DNA from: Setoptus koraiensis
Taxonomy: Eukaryota; Animalia; Arthropoda
DNA length: 64,000 bases
Direction of reading: 5' to 3'
Assembly: GCA_048013815.1 (NCBI GenBank)
Contig: CM106585.1
Coordinates: 1,488,001-1,552,000 of the forward strand
The first letter of the stretch is position 1, and each line of letters begins with the position of its first letter. Under the pieces are notes generated by a model, which had not been told where the DNA came from, did not search any database, and saw only the letters and a list, made by a program, of their open reading frames with translations. The translations under genes were made by a program, and so were the position numbers. Of the stretch, positions 49,776-61,700 are shown piece after piece.

Positions 49776-51690
49776 CTATTGCGAGCTGTAAATTTGGTCC
49801 AAAGCTTCCTTAACCGGTACAATTACATTCTGAAAAGATGAAGATGCTACCCAGTAACTGAAATGATCATAAGTTGGCGGGGCAACTATATCTCTGTAGA
49901 GTGCGACTAAACATAAACAAGAGACGAAATCAATACTGTTACTATTAATTGTTTACCTAGTGTTTACATGTTGCGCATGAAGCAAGATTTACGAAATTCC
50001 TTTTACATATGCAACGTAAGCGTGGCGACAATCTTACCTGGCAAACGGTTTATAATAAACTGTTGGTCAGGACCCGGTGATAGAAAGTCATTCTGTTCTG
50101 ATCGCACGAAAATAATCCTATCGAAAGTGATATTCGATAAATTATACTCTGGAGGGGTGGCCTAGTTGATTGTTGATTGACATGATCGGAAGGACAGTGA
50201 ACATGAGATTTTCATCGAATTGACGCGTCATACTTTGCCATAATACATCGATCGATTAAATCAAGTCAAATTGTTCAGTATGATAAGACAGGTATTTGTG
50301 CACTTACTTGTCCATAATGCTGCATATTTAGCTGCGGATCCTTGTAATCGAACCGATTAAACGTCTGGGGTTTTGTCCATTGTCCCAATTGTATGTAACC
50401 CTTGAAACTTGTTTGAGATAAAGCGCGGCTGAAAAATGGTAAATTCTGCCATGGGTAAAAGAAGAACATTCATCAGTCAATGAGAACCAACCGGATATAA
50501 TTGGAGAATCGAAAACCGCTGAACCTATGCAAGATTGTTCGGGATTGAATCTTTTCAACAAGAGCTGGTTGGCATTATGGAGAGATTTCGACCACAACTC
50601 ACCAGAACATTGTTGAAATCATCTGGACCCACTATGAAGTTGGTGACCGCACGGCAGATTGTTTCAGCGAGTATTCTGATTTCACAAACCGCATCTATCA
50701 GGCCGGTTAAAATTTCTCCAATTTCGTATGGAACAGGAAATGGTTGGTTGAGATTATTTGTTATAGATCCTGGCGCTGCAGTCGTTAGATCCCAACCTAA
50801 TCTTACAAGACCTCTTGTGTGTTCATTGGAGGCAACTGGTGCAACGGCAACAAAAGCTGTCAGATTTTCACTGGCAAATTGTGGATTTACACTTAACAAT
50901 ATAAACATGAACGCAGTAGATTGACTATAAGAAATGTAAGCCACTTTGTCTCGGCCAGATATCTCTTTTACTTTGGCTATTTGGGCTGGAACATCATTAA
51001 CAGCTTGGTCGTGCACATCAAAATTCCAATAATCTTCGCTACTGATAGACTCATTAACATGTCTAGAGCTAGCCGGAGTGCTACCTCTAGCCTCGAATAG
51101 CCACACATCGTAGTTGTTGTTGCTAAGAAAATAGGCTAGGCAAGATCTCTGCGAAGAATCAGATGTTTTTGGTAAACTGGACAGATTGAACATACTGAGA
51201 GTAGATGAATCGAGAATCTGCAACTCGTCCAAGAGTGTGCCTTGATTGTCATTGTCATCATCATCGTTATAGCTGGATGATGAATTTGTCGGTGGAGTTT
51301 GCGGACTATCATAAATACAAAGTGACAGTTGGGGACTTATGACAGTTTGAAAAACACCGTGATGTATAACAACAGTTCCTATAAGATTGGATGAATTGGC
51401 CTTGGGATTGATAACCCTCGTCACTGTTACTATGTAACCACCTTGGCTAACAACATCGTATGTTTCAGCTTGGAAACCTTCAGATTCCACCACTTGATCC
51501 TAGAGATACAGTTATTATAAAATGTACTTTTGGTTCTTTCTATCTCATTTACTATAATCTTAATGATTCAACTCACCAGCGTTAGACCCTGATAGTTTGG
51601 ACCATCTATAGTAAGTAAGTCCGCCAATGACAAATTTGCTGAAAATTGTATTGCTAGAAAGCAAATTACTATTTTCATACAATGATCCAT
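49776..51690 (-). CDS. Acid lipase family (gastric / lysosomal acid lipase-like alpha/beta hydrolase), 467 aa. Exons 51577-51690, 50603-51499, 50308-50445, 50038-50161, 49776-49906
   Basis: Signal peptide, ETYDVVSQGGY, HHG, YDVWLFEARG, YWNF, DVPAQI, nucleophile SYSQS, FVAVAP, FDY, TPPEYNL, EQND (Asp), YDHF (His). Introns are frame-consistent. Confidence 0.92.
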
Positions 51691-52742
51691 CTTTTCGTGA
51701 GTGATCGTGACCGATGTGTGCAAATAATCGATACCTTTCAATTGGACAAGTTCGGTTAATGGATATCAGCAATCTATTTTATATAATGGTGCAACTTTGA
51801 TTCCTCACCTGTCGCAAACTACTACGCATACATAATATAGTACAGAAGCAAACAACATGTTCTATTATAGCCTCCAAATAGAGCTTGGTGCTTCTTAGGA
51901 AGAAATGTAACTATAGCGACAAGGTTGATCATAAACTAGATTAATTCATTTACTCTTGAAAAAGATCACGTGTCTGCGAATTCATGTCATTTGAATTGAA
52001 CATAGCAAACTTGTCAGCAGAGTACCAAAGATAATTTAGAGGAAGAGAACTCTCGCTTTTCCACTGATTGATTAAAGTCAACTCGACAGCAAGTCAGGAA
52101 ATAATCCAGTAACCTCTATTTATAGTAGCTGCACAGCTTAATCCCCCGGTAGGTTCAGCTGATGTTTGTCGGATGGTTGTTGAATGATAAACATTGTATA
52201 ATACGGAAAATTGGATTAGTTGGAGCAAATTGTACATTGTATTAAGCTATCACAAAGTTGTTGGTTACCAGTGAATTTGTGCACAACTTTCAGCTTTTTG
52301 ACTTTATTACCATCGACTTATTTTATTGCTGACTGTGACAGTTCATGATCACGTATAGACCGAATCGATATATTCAATGTTGCCTATATCTGCTCATAAC
52401 AAGGGGATTCTTTCGATAGAGAAAGTGAGCAACTCGGAGTTTTTATCCCAACGTTTTGCAAGTTTCGTTGATTGTTTGCATATCGTTGATGATAACATTA
52501 AATGCCAACAAGAGATAGCAGACCTATTGATATCAAAGCAAAGATTATATTCAGGGGAACAGCGAAAAAGTTGTTGTTTGCTGGTCGAATATGTACGTGG
52601 TAGTAATCGCGTAGACTAGATGAATGAAAAAATAATACTAATAATAACGGTTGTTGCCTAGATCGAACAATCTCAAAGACCGAACATCCTGAAATGAGCG
52701 GACATTTTCTCTGTTCCGTGACGAGTTGCCTTCGTCACATGA

Positions 52743-52965
52743 CCGAATGTTACAAAGTTGTGCACTTCTATTTGTAGTTGTTGGGCCTTCTGCCCACATA
52801 AATGTATGGTCATTTGAAAGCATTCGCCATCGCCCACCAAATTCGGTCGCTCTCAACTCCGGCACTATGAACCGATTGGCGACCCCCAATAACAATCGCA
52901 TTGGTTCACTGAATTTAGCCACAGTAAATGATAGATGGCGCATAATAAAGACATCAATTATTAGA
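52743..52965 (-). repeat. Diverged paralogous segment, copy 1 (partner at 55047-55295); possibly the 5' end of a decayed secreted-protein gene
   Basis: About 75-80% identical to copy 2. Shared 29-aa frame MSLLCAIYHLLWLNSVNQCDCYWGSPIGS. Confidence 0.75.
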
Positions 52966-53500
52966 TTCAGCTTTGAATCAAGACTTTTTGTGTAATCCAA
53001 AGTGATGGTGGGAAATCAGAACTTTGGCGCCTTTGGAATTCGATAGACTCCACCACCATTAAACATTCGACTTTTAGTGTTCAACCATATTATTTCCGAC
53101 GTTCGGGTTACATCTCGACAAAACTAGTACTCGAACAGATAAAATACGTTTTCAAAACTTGAAGCAGTGCTCCAATAAAACTGATCGTAACAGCACTAAA
53201 AGATATCTCGTTACCATAGACACAAAAATATTTCCACTGGATACCATATGAAAATCTCCTCGTATACTCGTAAATGACAAACAGATGAATGCTGGCAATG
53301 ATAGTTATGACGGTGTTCAACGAATATCGCGGATGCAAAAAAGGTCAAATGAAGGATAGGTTTTCCGTTGGAGAAATCCGAGGTTGCATCATGATTAGCA
53401 CTAGCGATTGGAAATTAATTGGTGTACTTCGACGTAAAGGCAAGGCAAAGGAAAGTTAATTTTCCGGAAATAGCTTTGTTTTATTTTACTTACTTTATCA

Positions 53501-54406
53501 TTCATACTGACAGCGGCGCACTGTAACCTGAATGAATTAGTTCGCGTCAGCTCTCACGGTTATAAGGATAGTAGCAATGTTCAGATGAGATCTATTGAAG
53601 GAAATATGTGCATCCTGAATTCAACCATCGGAACCTATTCAATGATATAGCAATTTTGGAATTGAGCGAACCGCTAGTTTACAACGACTACGTTAGACCG
53701 GTATGCTTGCCGGAAGTAGAATCGTACAGTTTTTCGTCAAACCTAGCCATGCGACCTACGAATCATGCCAGCCAAATGAGGCAATCCTACGAGCCAAAAC
53801 GGTCAGGCAAGAAACCAAACAGGACAATCGAAAGAAAATTTCGATCCAGCGAGATCGCAAGAGGACCAAAGCAACGCACAAATCCAAGCAAAAGCAAACT
53901 CTGATGGCGGAAGAAAAAAAACCTCGTTCAAGGCGAAGAATATAGGCTTAGAATCGAAGAATGCCAGCTCATGGCATCGGCGAGCAGCTAAAAAAGAAGC
54001 TCTATTTGGAGCTAAACCTCAAACTGGGGACATTATGACTGTAGCAGGCTGGGGTCGCAGAGAAGGGTTCGGAAGCTCAGCTGATCGTCTGATAGAAGCG
54101 GCTGTGCCCGTAATTTCAGTTGAAATATGCAGAAATTATTACGATGCAGATTTTATGGTTGATGAGCTAATGTTGTGTTCCGGCTATGATGATGCCAAGA
54201 GGCCAGACACTTGCAGTGGTGACAGCGGTGGACCCGCCATGGCTGAAAACATCGACCGCAAATGGGTACTGTATGGCATTACGTCGCAGGGCGAAGAAAA
54301 TTGCGACTCGGGCTACGGTGTCTACACTAGAGTGTCAGCATAAATCGATTGGATCAGCAGTGCAATCGGTAGCGGGGATAAACCAATGGATCGCAGATTG
54401 TATTGA
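53501..54406 (+). pseudogene. Trypsin-like (S1A) serine protease pseudogene
   Basis: TAAHC, NDIAIL, RPVCLP, VAGWG and DTCSGDSGGP lie in different frames. Frameshift near 53603, a second frame change or intron at 53717-53900, TAA at 54341 in place of the Tyr of VSAYIDWI, and no IVGG exon found. Confidence 0.85.
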
Positions 54407-55046
54407 AATTTCACATTCACGAGATGTATCTAAGCGAGCGTCTTCGTGAAAATTCTCCAGTTACTAGCGACATTCGGACAACAACTAGAGATGTAGGTGG
54501 CAAGAGATTTGAGCAAACAATTCTCCGAACAGAGAAACGAATCATTTTGCGATCGCGACTTCCAATGAATGAGTGCTCGAAATGATCGAATGATGGACAA
54601 AGAACGCCAGCCTAGACCAACCAACAGCTACCAGTAGAAAACAGTGTTGATGGAAGAGAATCAAGACGCAATAACGAAGCGATCTGGTTCCGGATATTTC
54701 CAACACGGAGTCTGATCTTATTCCGAAGAGTCAATCTATAAAGCAAGGATTAGAATGTTTTGTAAATGCAAATGATTTGAACCAATAGCCAGGCTATCAA
54801 AATTATTACACATAGCTCGAATTTTTCTAGGACATCAACAAAATTCCTTTAAACAAAGAACGTTAATCAATGGTTGGTTGGCTATAAGTTATTATTGGTG
54901 GACAAATTCAGAATATTGCGTTCAATAGGACTGGACTTGGGAGAGTCCGGACGAAGCTCATTATAGTCTCTCGATAAAAAAAAATGCACCAACAGCGGTA
55001 TAAGTCCATGGATCTATTCCAAACCCAGATATTTACTCAGATACCC

Positions 55047-55295
55047 CGGATGTTATAAAGGTGTTCACTTCTATTTGTAGTTGCGTGGTTGTAGTTGTAG
55101 GCGCCCTCTGCCCATTTGCCCCCTGGTCATATGAACGAATTCGAACGATTGGTCGAATTCACCGGCCGCTAATTTGGTTGCTCTTAACTTCGGTACTATT
55201 AACCAATTGGCAGCCCCCAATGACAATCGCATTGTTTCAATGAATTTAGCAACAATAAATGATGGATAACGCACAATAAAAGCATCATTTAATAT
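55047..55295 (-). repeat. Diverged paralogous segment, copy 2, followed (54400-55050) by stop-interrupted LRR-like fragments
   Basis: Frame MMLLLCVIHHLLLLNSLKQCDCHWGLPIG. Downstream fragments ILNLSTNNNL, LLYRLTLRNKI and LDSLPSTLF share one minus-strand frame. The LRR assignment is weak. Confidence 0.7.
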
Positions 55296-55714
55296 ATGTA
55301 TTTCAGGGAGGAAGTTCACGCAAGCCGATTTGATATTTGGTGCTCTATTTAATAGAATCTATTATCAAATATTATAAGCGAACCATAGAGTCTTGACGAA
55401 ACGTTACACAGCCTTGAACTGCAGACGGAATTCTCAGGCCAGAGTTCCGAAGTTTATTAGATGCCTTGAGTGGATGCGACGCCCTTATGATGGTTCAAGT
55501 AAAAAAATTCATAGTAAATGGCGTTGTTTTCATAATATAAGGCACATTTAAGGAAAAATTCTGGTCCTAGTGCTTGATGTTTTTCGTGATTTTTACCGAA
55601 ACTGTGCGACTTTTCTTACAGTTTTTTCCATTCCATCTCGAAGTTCACTAAAGGTGACGTCGTTCGACGCATTTTAGTTGTCAATAATGATGAAATTGAT
55701 GCATTGTGGATTAG

Positions 55715-58700
55715 TTAGTCGCTGGCTTTGTTTCCGTAGTTTTTTTCGTAAAAATCTTCTAATTGGCAATAGATTTGTGCGAAGTCTGGTCGATCCTCTG
55801 GCCTGTATTAAGCGAGTTATTATTGATATTATATTATGTATTTTGTGGACAGGTCAAGATTGACAATTAATCATTAAATGGTTAATTAGCTGAGCTTGTT
55901 AATAGTTTGTAAGTGGTAGTGTACTCACTTGAGAGACCAACAGTTCCACATTAGATCGTATATGGCTGAAGGGCAATCGTTTGGTTGTGGCAGACGTTTG
56001 TTGTCTCGAAACATTTGCAAAATTGCCTTGCCATCCATGCCCTCATAAGGTTTTCTTCCATAGGCCATGGCTTCCCATAGTGCCACTCCGAAGCTCCAAA
56101 CATCTGACTTGGTGCTGAATTTCAGATAGTAAATGCATTCTGGCGCGTACCATTTCAGAGGCCATTTAGTGGCTCTTTGAGCCTATTTTACACATTGAGA
56201 AGATGAATTTGGATCAAAATTATGCTATTATTGCTGCGATAGACCTGGTTGTTTAAGTTACAATGCGAGCGAACTAAAGAATTACTTGCCTTGTAATACT
56301 GTTGGCCCATGCCAAGAGCAATGGACATTCCGAAATCGCCAACCTTAGCGAATCTCTCTGTCACTAAAAGAACATTTCTGGCGGCAAGATCACGATGAAC
56401 ATAATTTCTTCGTTCGAGATATTCCATGGCATTGGCCACTTGCAGCATCAGATGCAATATTATCTCGTGGTTGTTATTGTTATCTTCTAGTTGTTGCCGA
56501 TCATAAATTGATGTACTGCTGCTATCACTATTCTTACATGTATTTTTTTCTTTCAATTGCGCTAAGTACCTATTAAGCGGACCCAATGGGGCCAGTTCCA
56601 TCACCAACATAAATGGATCGCCTTCGCAAACGCCGATAAGTTTGACTATGTGCCTATGATCTAACAGGGTCATTGTAGCCGCCTCTTTCAATATTTCACA
56701 CTACACGAAACGCGTATAAGGTATATAAACGTAGATGAACAATGAGCGAGTATGAACATTGTTGGTGTTTGCTTTAGTCTCTGGTTTCATTACATCATTT
56801 CTTATATAGTTTTAGCTTACTCAGTTTTAGCCTTGCTTACCTTGGTGGCCGCAATAGCGTCCTCTTTGAGCACCTTAATGGCCACTTGTACCTTTGTTTG
56901 CGGTGTTGGCCAAATTGAGGCTAGATAGCAATTTCCAAAGAAACCCGAGCCAATTTTTTGCTCCAATGTAAATAGCTGCCTATCTAACAGTAAGGGCACT
57001 CTATTGGTTGTGCAAGCTGAACCGACCATCCCCGAGGGCTCCGACACATTTGCAGTGTTTGTGCCCAAGGATAGTTGTGGCCCTAAACACAAGTGCAGTT
57101 GGCGAGATTGTTTGTTTCGAGACAGACACGGATCAGCATTACAATGGCCGTGTGGAGAGAAAGAGCGAGAGAGCAAGATAAATAGAGAGATAACAAGCAG
57201 CCATAACTCACCTATAGGCTTGGCTTGCTGGCGGTCGCTTGGGCAAACATCCGTATCACTGCCACTTTTTATCATACATGAATTATTATTCAGAAAAATC
57301 GCTGCCTGACAACGTCCATCTAAGCCATTGCTATCTTGGGCCAGCCTAACCTGCTTTACATTTCCCTGTTGGACAATATTCAGTGATGATGTCGACATTT
57401 TACAATGTTGCAACCACGGCAAGTATCACAAGCACAGTTGCGGTTGGACATGGATGTATCGGCGATTGCATCACATTTGTTTAAGACGGTTTGAAGTCAT
57501 GACAAAATAAAGAAATAAATTTGTTGTTGTTTGTATGAGATTATGTTGTATTTAAAACAACAATTTATTTTTTTTTAATCCTTACATCTTGTTGTTGCTG
57601 TTGCTGATTGCCAATACAAGTCGATGATTGATTAACGTGCTTCATCGTTGTGTGTCCATTTGCTTGCACGGTTACGTTATCCTGGAACGTTGAATCGTTA
57701 TCATTTAAATGACTTTTATTGTCATTTGTATGCTGCTGCTGCTGCTGCTGTTGGTTGTATCCTTGTATTGAATTGTGGGACGAGCAGTTAAGTAATTGAC
57801 TTTGAGCATAAATGGAGTCAAATTCTCTGAGCAACTCAATGGAATTGCAATGGTGCTGTTGATTGTTATCGCCAGATTGTTGTTGACCGTTGATCACTGA
57901 CGTTGATTCGTTCATGGGTGTTTCGGTGTTGTTGCTGTTGCAGTCATTAATTTGATCCATAGCTTGATTATCTTCAACAACTCGCTGTTGTTGATCGATC
58001 GATGACGTATTTGTGGCCGTGGTTGGAGCTAGGCCGCTCCGCTTGTTTTTCATGTCTACCTGGGCCCTCAGACTTTGTGTTAATTCGGCCAAAAGTGAAG
58101 TGGTGAGCTCGTCTAAATCGTGCATCTTAGACTTACTGTTGGCGGACATGGTCATCATATTGAACGCTTGCTGATGCTTACAATTATCGTTGTATTGTTG
58201 CTGTTGATTTTGGCCGTTGGCTGGCTGCTGTTGCGCCAATATTGCTCGCTGTGACACCTTCAATAGATTTGAATTCATCATGAGCTCATTGAGGCGCCTC
58301 TGTTGTTGCTCTGGACTCATTAACAGTGTCTGTTGACCAAAGTCATTGTTGTTGTTGTTGCTATTTATCAGTTGTAGTTGGAAATTAATGGCCTGCTGTT
58401 GCTGCTGCTGTTGTTGGTCAGAAGACAACCACCTATCTGTGCCCAACTCATACAATGTCTCTATACTAGATGATTTGATCAATTTGGGATCGTATTTGAA
58501 ATTGACAAAAAGATCGTCGTCATCTCTTTCACTGTTGCAATCCATCAAGTCATGCTGTTCGCTGAATTGCTGCAACTGCTGATGTTGTTGTTGTTGTTGT
58601 TGCTGCTGCTGATCCAACCGGAACATGGGGTCCGTGGGCCGGGGATAAATGTGCTTGTTGTTTTGTTGCTGCGGATGTAGTTGTTGTTGCTGTTGAGGCA

Positions 58701-61700
58701 CGATCGCGTTCTTGTTTCTGGCCTGATTGTTGCAGCTCACAGTTTGCATTTGTTGTGCAGTCTGTTGACCGTTGCCCATCAAATAATGATGACGCTCTTG
58801 CTGTCCATTGTTTTCCATATTGTTGGCATGGCGCTGTCGCATGGAGTTACCAGTGATGTCACCAGAATTGATCTTATTGTTAGGATTATTATTGGCCAAC
58901 TTGTTCATTTGGTGATTCATTGCGGCCGCTCTGTGTATACTGTGCAAATCCCTATAGGTGCCCAGGCACTGGCCATTCTGAAATTGCACAAACTTCGCCA
59001 TAGCTGCGGGCGCCATCAAGCGAGTGGACATAGACACTAGATTGGAGTCGTCTAGCGACGATTTATAAGCAGAGCCCCCTTTGCAGATGATGGCTCGATG
59101 AGCCGGATTGTTTGTTATAGTGTTTCGTTTCAACAACAATTTATTGTCGCCCGTTTGCGAGTGATTGACTGAACTCAAGGCCCCCGCTGTCGGGATGTCC
59201 GGTTCAAATCTGGCCACATTGTCCGCCGCTGAGTGGCCATTGTCCAACCACAACGACTGCCGAGATTGTTGCTGGTAAGCCAAATCGTTGGCTGAATGAG
59301 CCACACCAGTTGTTGTTGGCTCATTGGGCAATTGTGTCGATTGAGAGCAGATTATCTGATTATTAGACGCTTGCCAGTGCCGCTGTTGTTGTTGTTGTTG
59401 TTGCTGCTGTTGCGATTCAAAGGATATGTTTGCCGGATTAATGGGACCAAAAGTCAATGGCAATAGCTGCTGCTGGCTATTGCAGCTGGACTGCGAATTG
59501 TCCGCATACAGATCGTAGTTTAAATTGTACGGATTGAAACTACTAGTCTGCTGCGGTTGCTGTTGTGGCTGGCGATGGATGGTCTTGCTGTTACAACTGC
59601 TGTTGTCTACTTTATTGAGCAAAGACAATGGAGGGAGCGACAATTTTGGAGCGAATAAGGGCGAACCAATTATGCTGTTATGATGATTTGGGCCGGCAGA
59701 GAGGAAGCCAGCAACATTGGGGCCCATCAATGTGCCATTTGGCAGTATTGGCATCATTGCGTTGTGATGTTGTTGCTGCTGCTGCTGACCGCAATTGAAA
59801 TTGGAGCCGCACGCAGCAAGATCGTTGGCGCCGGCGACAAAATTTAGGCCATTATTGTTGGCCTGATTCAATTGGGATCTCCGACAAGAATAACAAGCAC
59901 AAAATATATCCGTCTGGGGCTGGCCCATTGTTTGTTGATCATACTGACTATGATGATTGCGTTGGTGCTGATTACGATGGCCGGTATGTGGTTGCCTGTG
60001 GCCAGTGGCTGAAGCGGGGCTATTGTTGTGGTGGTGATGTCCAAATATAAAATTGTTCAACGTTTGATTACGTGCTGCCATTATTCGTGTCCATTTGTGA
60101 TTAATAGATTGCAGCCATTCTTTGATGGGAACCTTGAAGCTGTTGGCCAGTTGATTGTTGTTGTTACTAGGATCGGAGGCGTAATTTTTTGCTTGATTGA
60201 AGGCGCCATTGGTGGTAGTTGTGCTACTGTTGTTGTTGTTGGCGTTGGCGGTGGTTGAGGCGGTTGTAGTGAATCCGTTGTTGATGTGATGCACCGAAGC
60301 TGTATTATTAATAGCATTATTAATGGTATTATTATTACTGCTGCTGGTGCTGTTATGCTGGCTTAGATAAGCATCAAGCATGGATTTGCTATTGTTGGGC
60401 AGCAAAGGATTGCTGTTGGCTGTCAAGTTGTTGGGGCCAACATTGGATTTAACGGTCACAACATTTACGGGATCACTGTGTAGACAGGTTGACGCAGAGC
60501 CATTAGCCACTGCATGTTGCTGCTGTTGTTGAACATCGGGCAATGTAAAACACGACAACGAGCTTAATTGCTGCTGCTGCTTGCCTACGCTATCACAACC
60601 ATTATTTAAATTGAGGCCCGTGCCACTAACAGCAGCGCCTCCCACTGAGCCCAACGAATAGATATTGTTGCTTAGTGACGCTGGATGGTTGCTCTGGACT
60701 GATTGCAGTCTCGCTGCCGCTGTCGTTGAGGCTAACCCATTGTGCAAAGGGGGACCCGAACTAGAATATGATGCATTGTTATGGTGATATTTGATAGGTT
60801 GTTGTTGCTGTTGTTGTTGCTGCTGCTGCTGCAACGGCCTTTGGCAGGCCTCGGTGAGGGCGCACCACAATCCGTCGCTCATGAGCGTATAGTGGCTGAC
60901 AAGCTGCCATTAAATAGTCAGTGAGTGAGTGGACACACACACACGACCAAAGTGACATGACGTAACAATTGCGCCAGATATACCAACGTATATAACATCG
61001 TGAGCCAATAGAGCGCCAATGCGCCAGTGAATGGCCAAATAACCAGGATTGATGGCCGTTGGGGCAAATGGGGCGAACAAGTCGAACGTTTGGGGTGAAC
61101 GGGGCCAAATGGAGTGAATAGGGTTGCGTTGTGGATGGGATGGGAAATTAAATGAAATGAGAGATAAATGGATAAAGCGGAACACAGTTGTTTATCACTC
61201 ACAACAATTGGGCTAGACACATACGCACACACACACACTCACACACACACTACATGTAGTGGCATTATTCAAATAAGCAAATAAGCCAGTGGCAACGAGA
61301 TGCAAATAACCAGACTGGCGAGCTATTTATGTGGAGCGATTTGCAGTGTGCAGCTAGTTGGATATTGTGCGATATTGTGCTGCCGATATATGCGCCACTC
61401 AATGCCATGTTGTATGTGAGATACTTACGGCCATTAGACTTGTAAATCGTCGGCCATCTTGAATGGCCAACTCGCCAGTAGGCAAGACATCAATTCTGTA
61501 GTGTTTAACTGCTTTTTTATGACTTATACACATAGCGTAGCTACTGTTGTCCCTCTCTCGAACCCTAAATACCAAGAGGCGATGATAACAGCCAAAGTGA
61601 CAGCCACCAATCGGGCAAAGTTTCGGCAACCACCAAACGCGACCAGAAAACGGGGATATAAGTAGAGATGATAAAAGACGAGACAGGAATGTTGATGAGA

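Noticed and set aside
50030-50043. ATCTTACCTGG resembling the U1 snRNA 5' end
   Set aside because: It is the reverse complement of a lipase splice donor.
1-54406. Apparent digestive cluster (PLA2, PepT, cysteine protease, lipase, serine protease)
   Set aside because: The genes are scattered over 54 kb, interleaved with unrelated genes, and no shared regulatory motif was seen. These families are abundant anyway.
56171-56183. GGCTCTTTGAGCC resembling a histone 3' stem-loop
   Set aside because: Stem and loop lengths are non-canonical, it overlaps a SYK exon boundary on the other strand, and there is no histone gene nearby.
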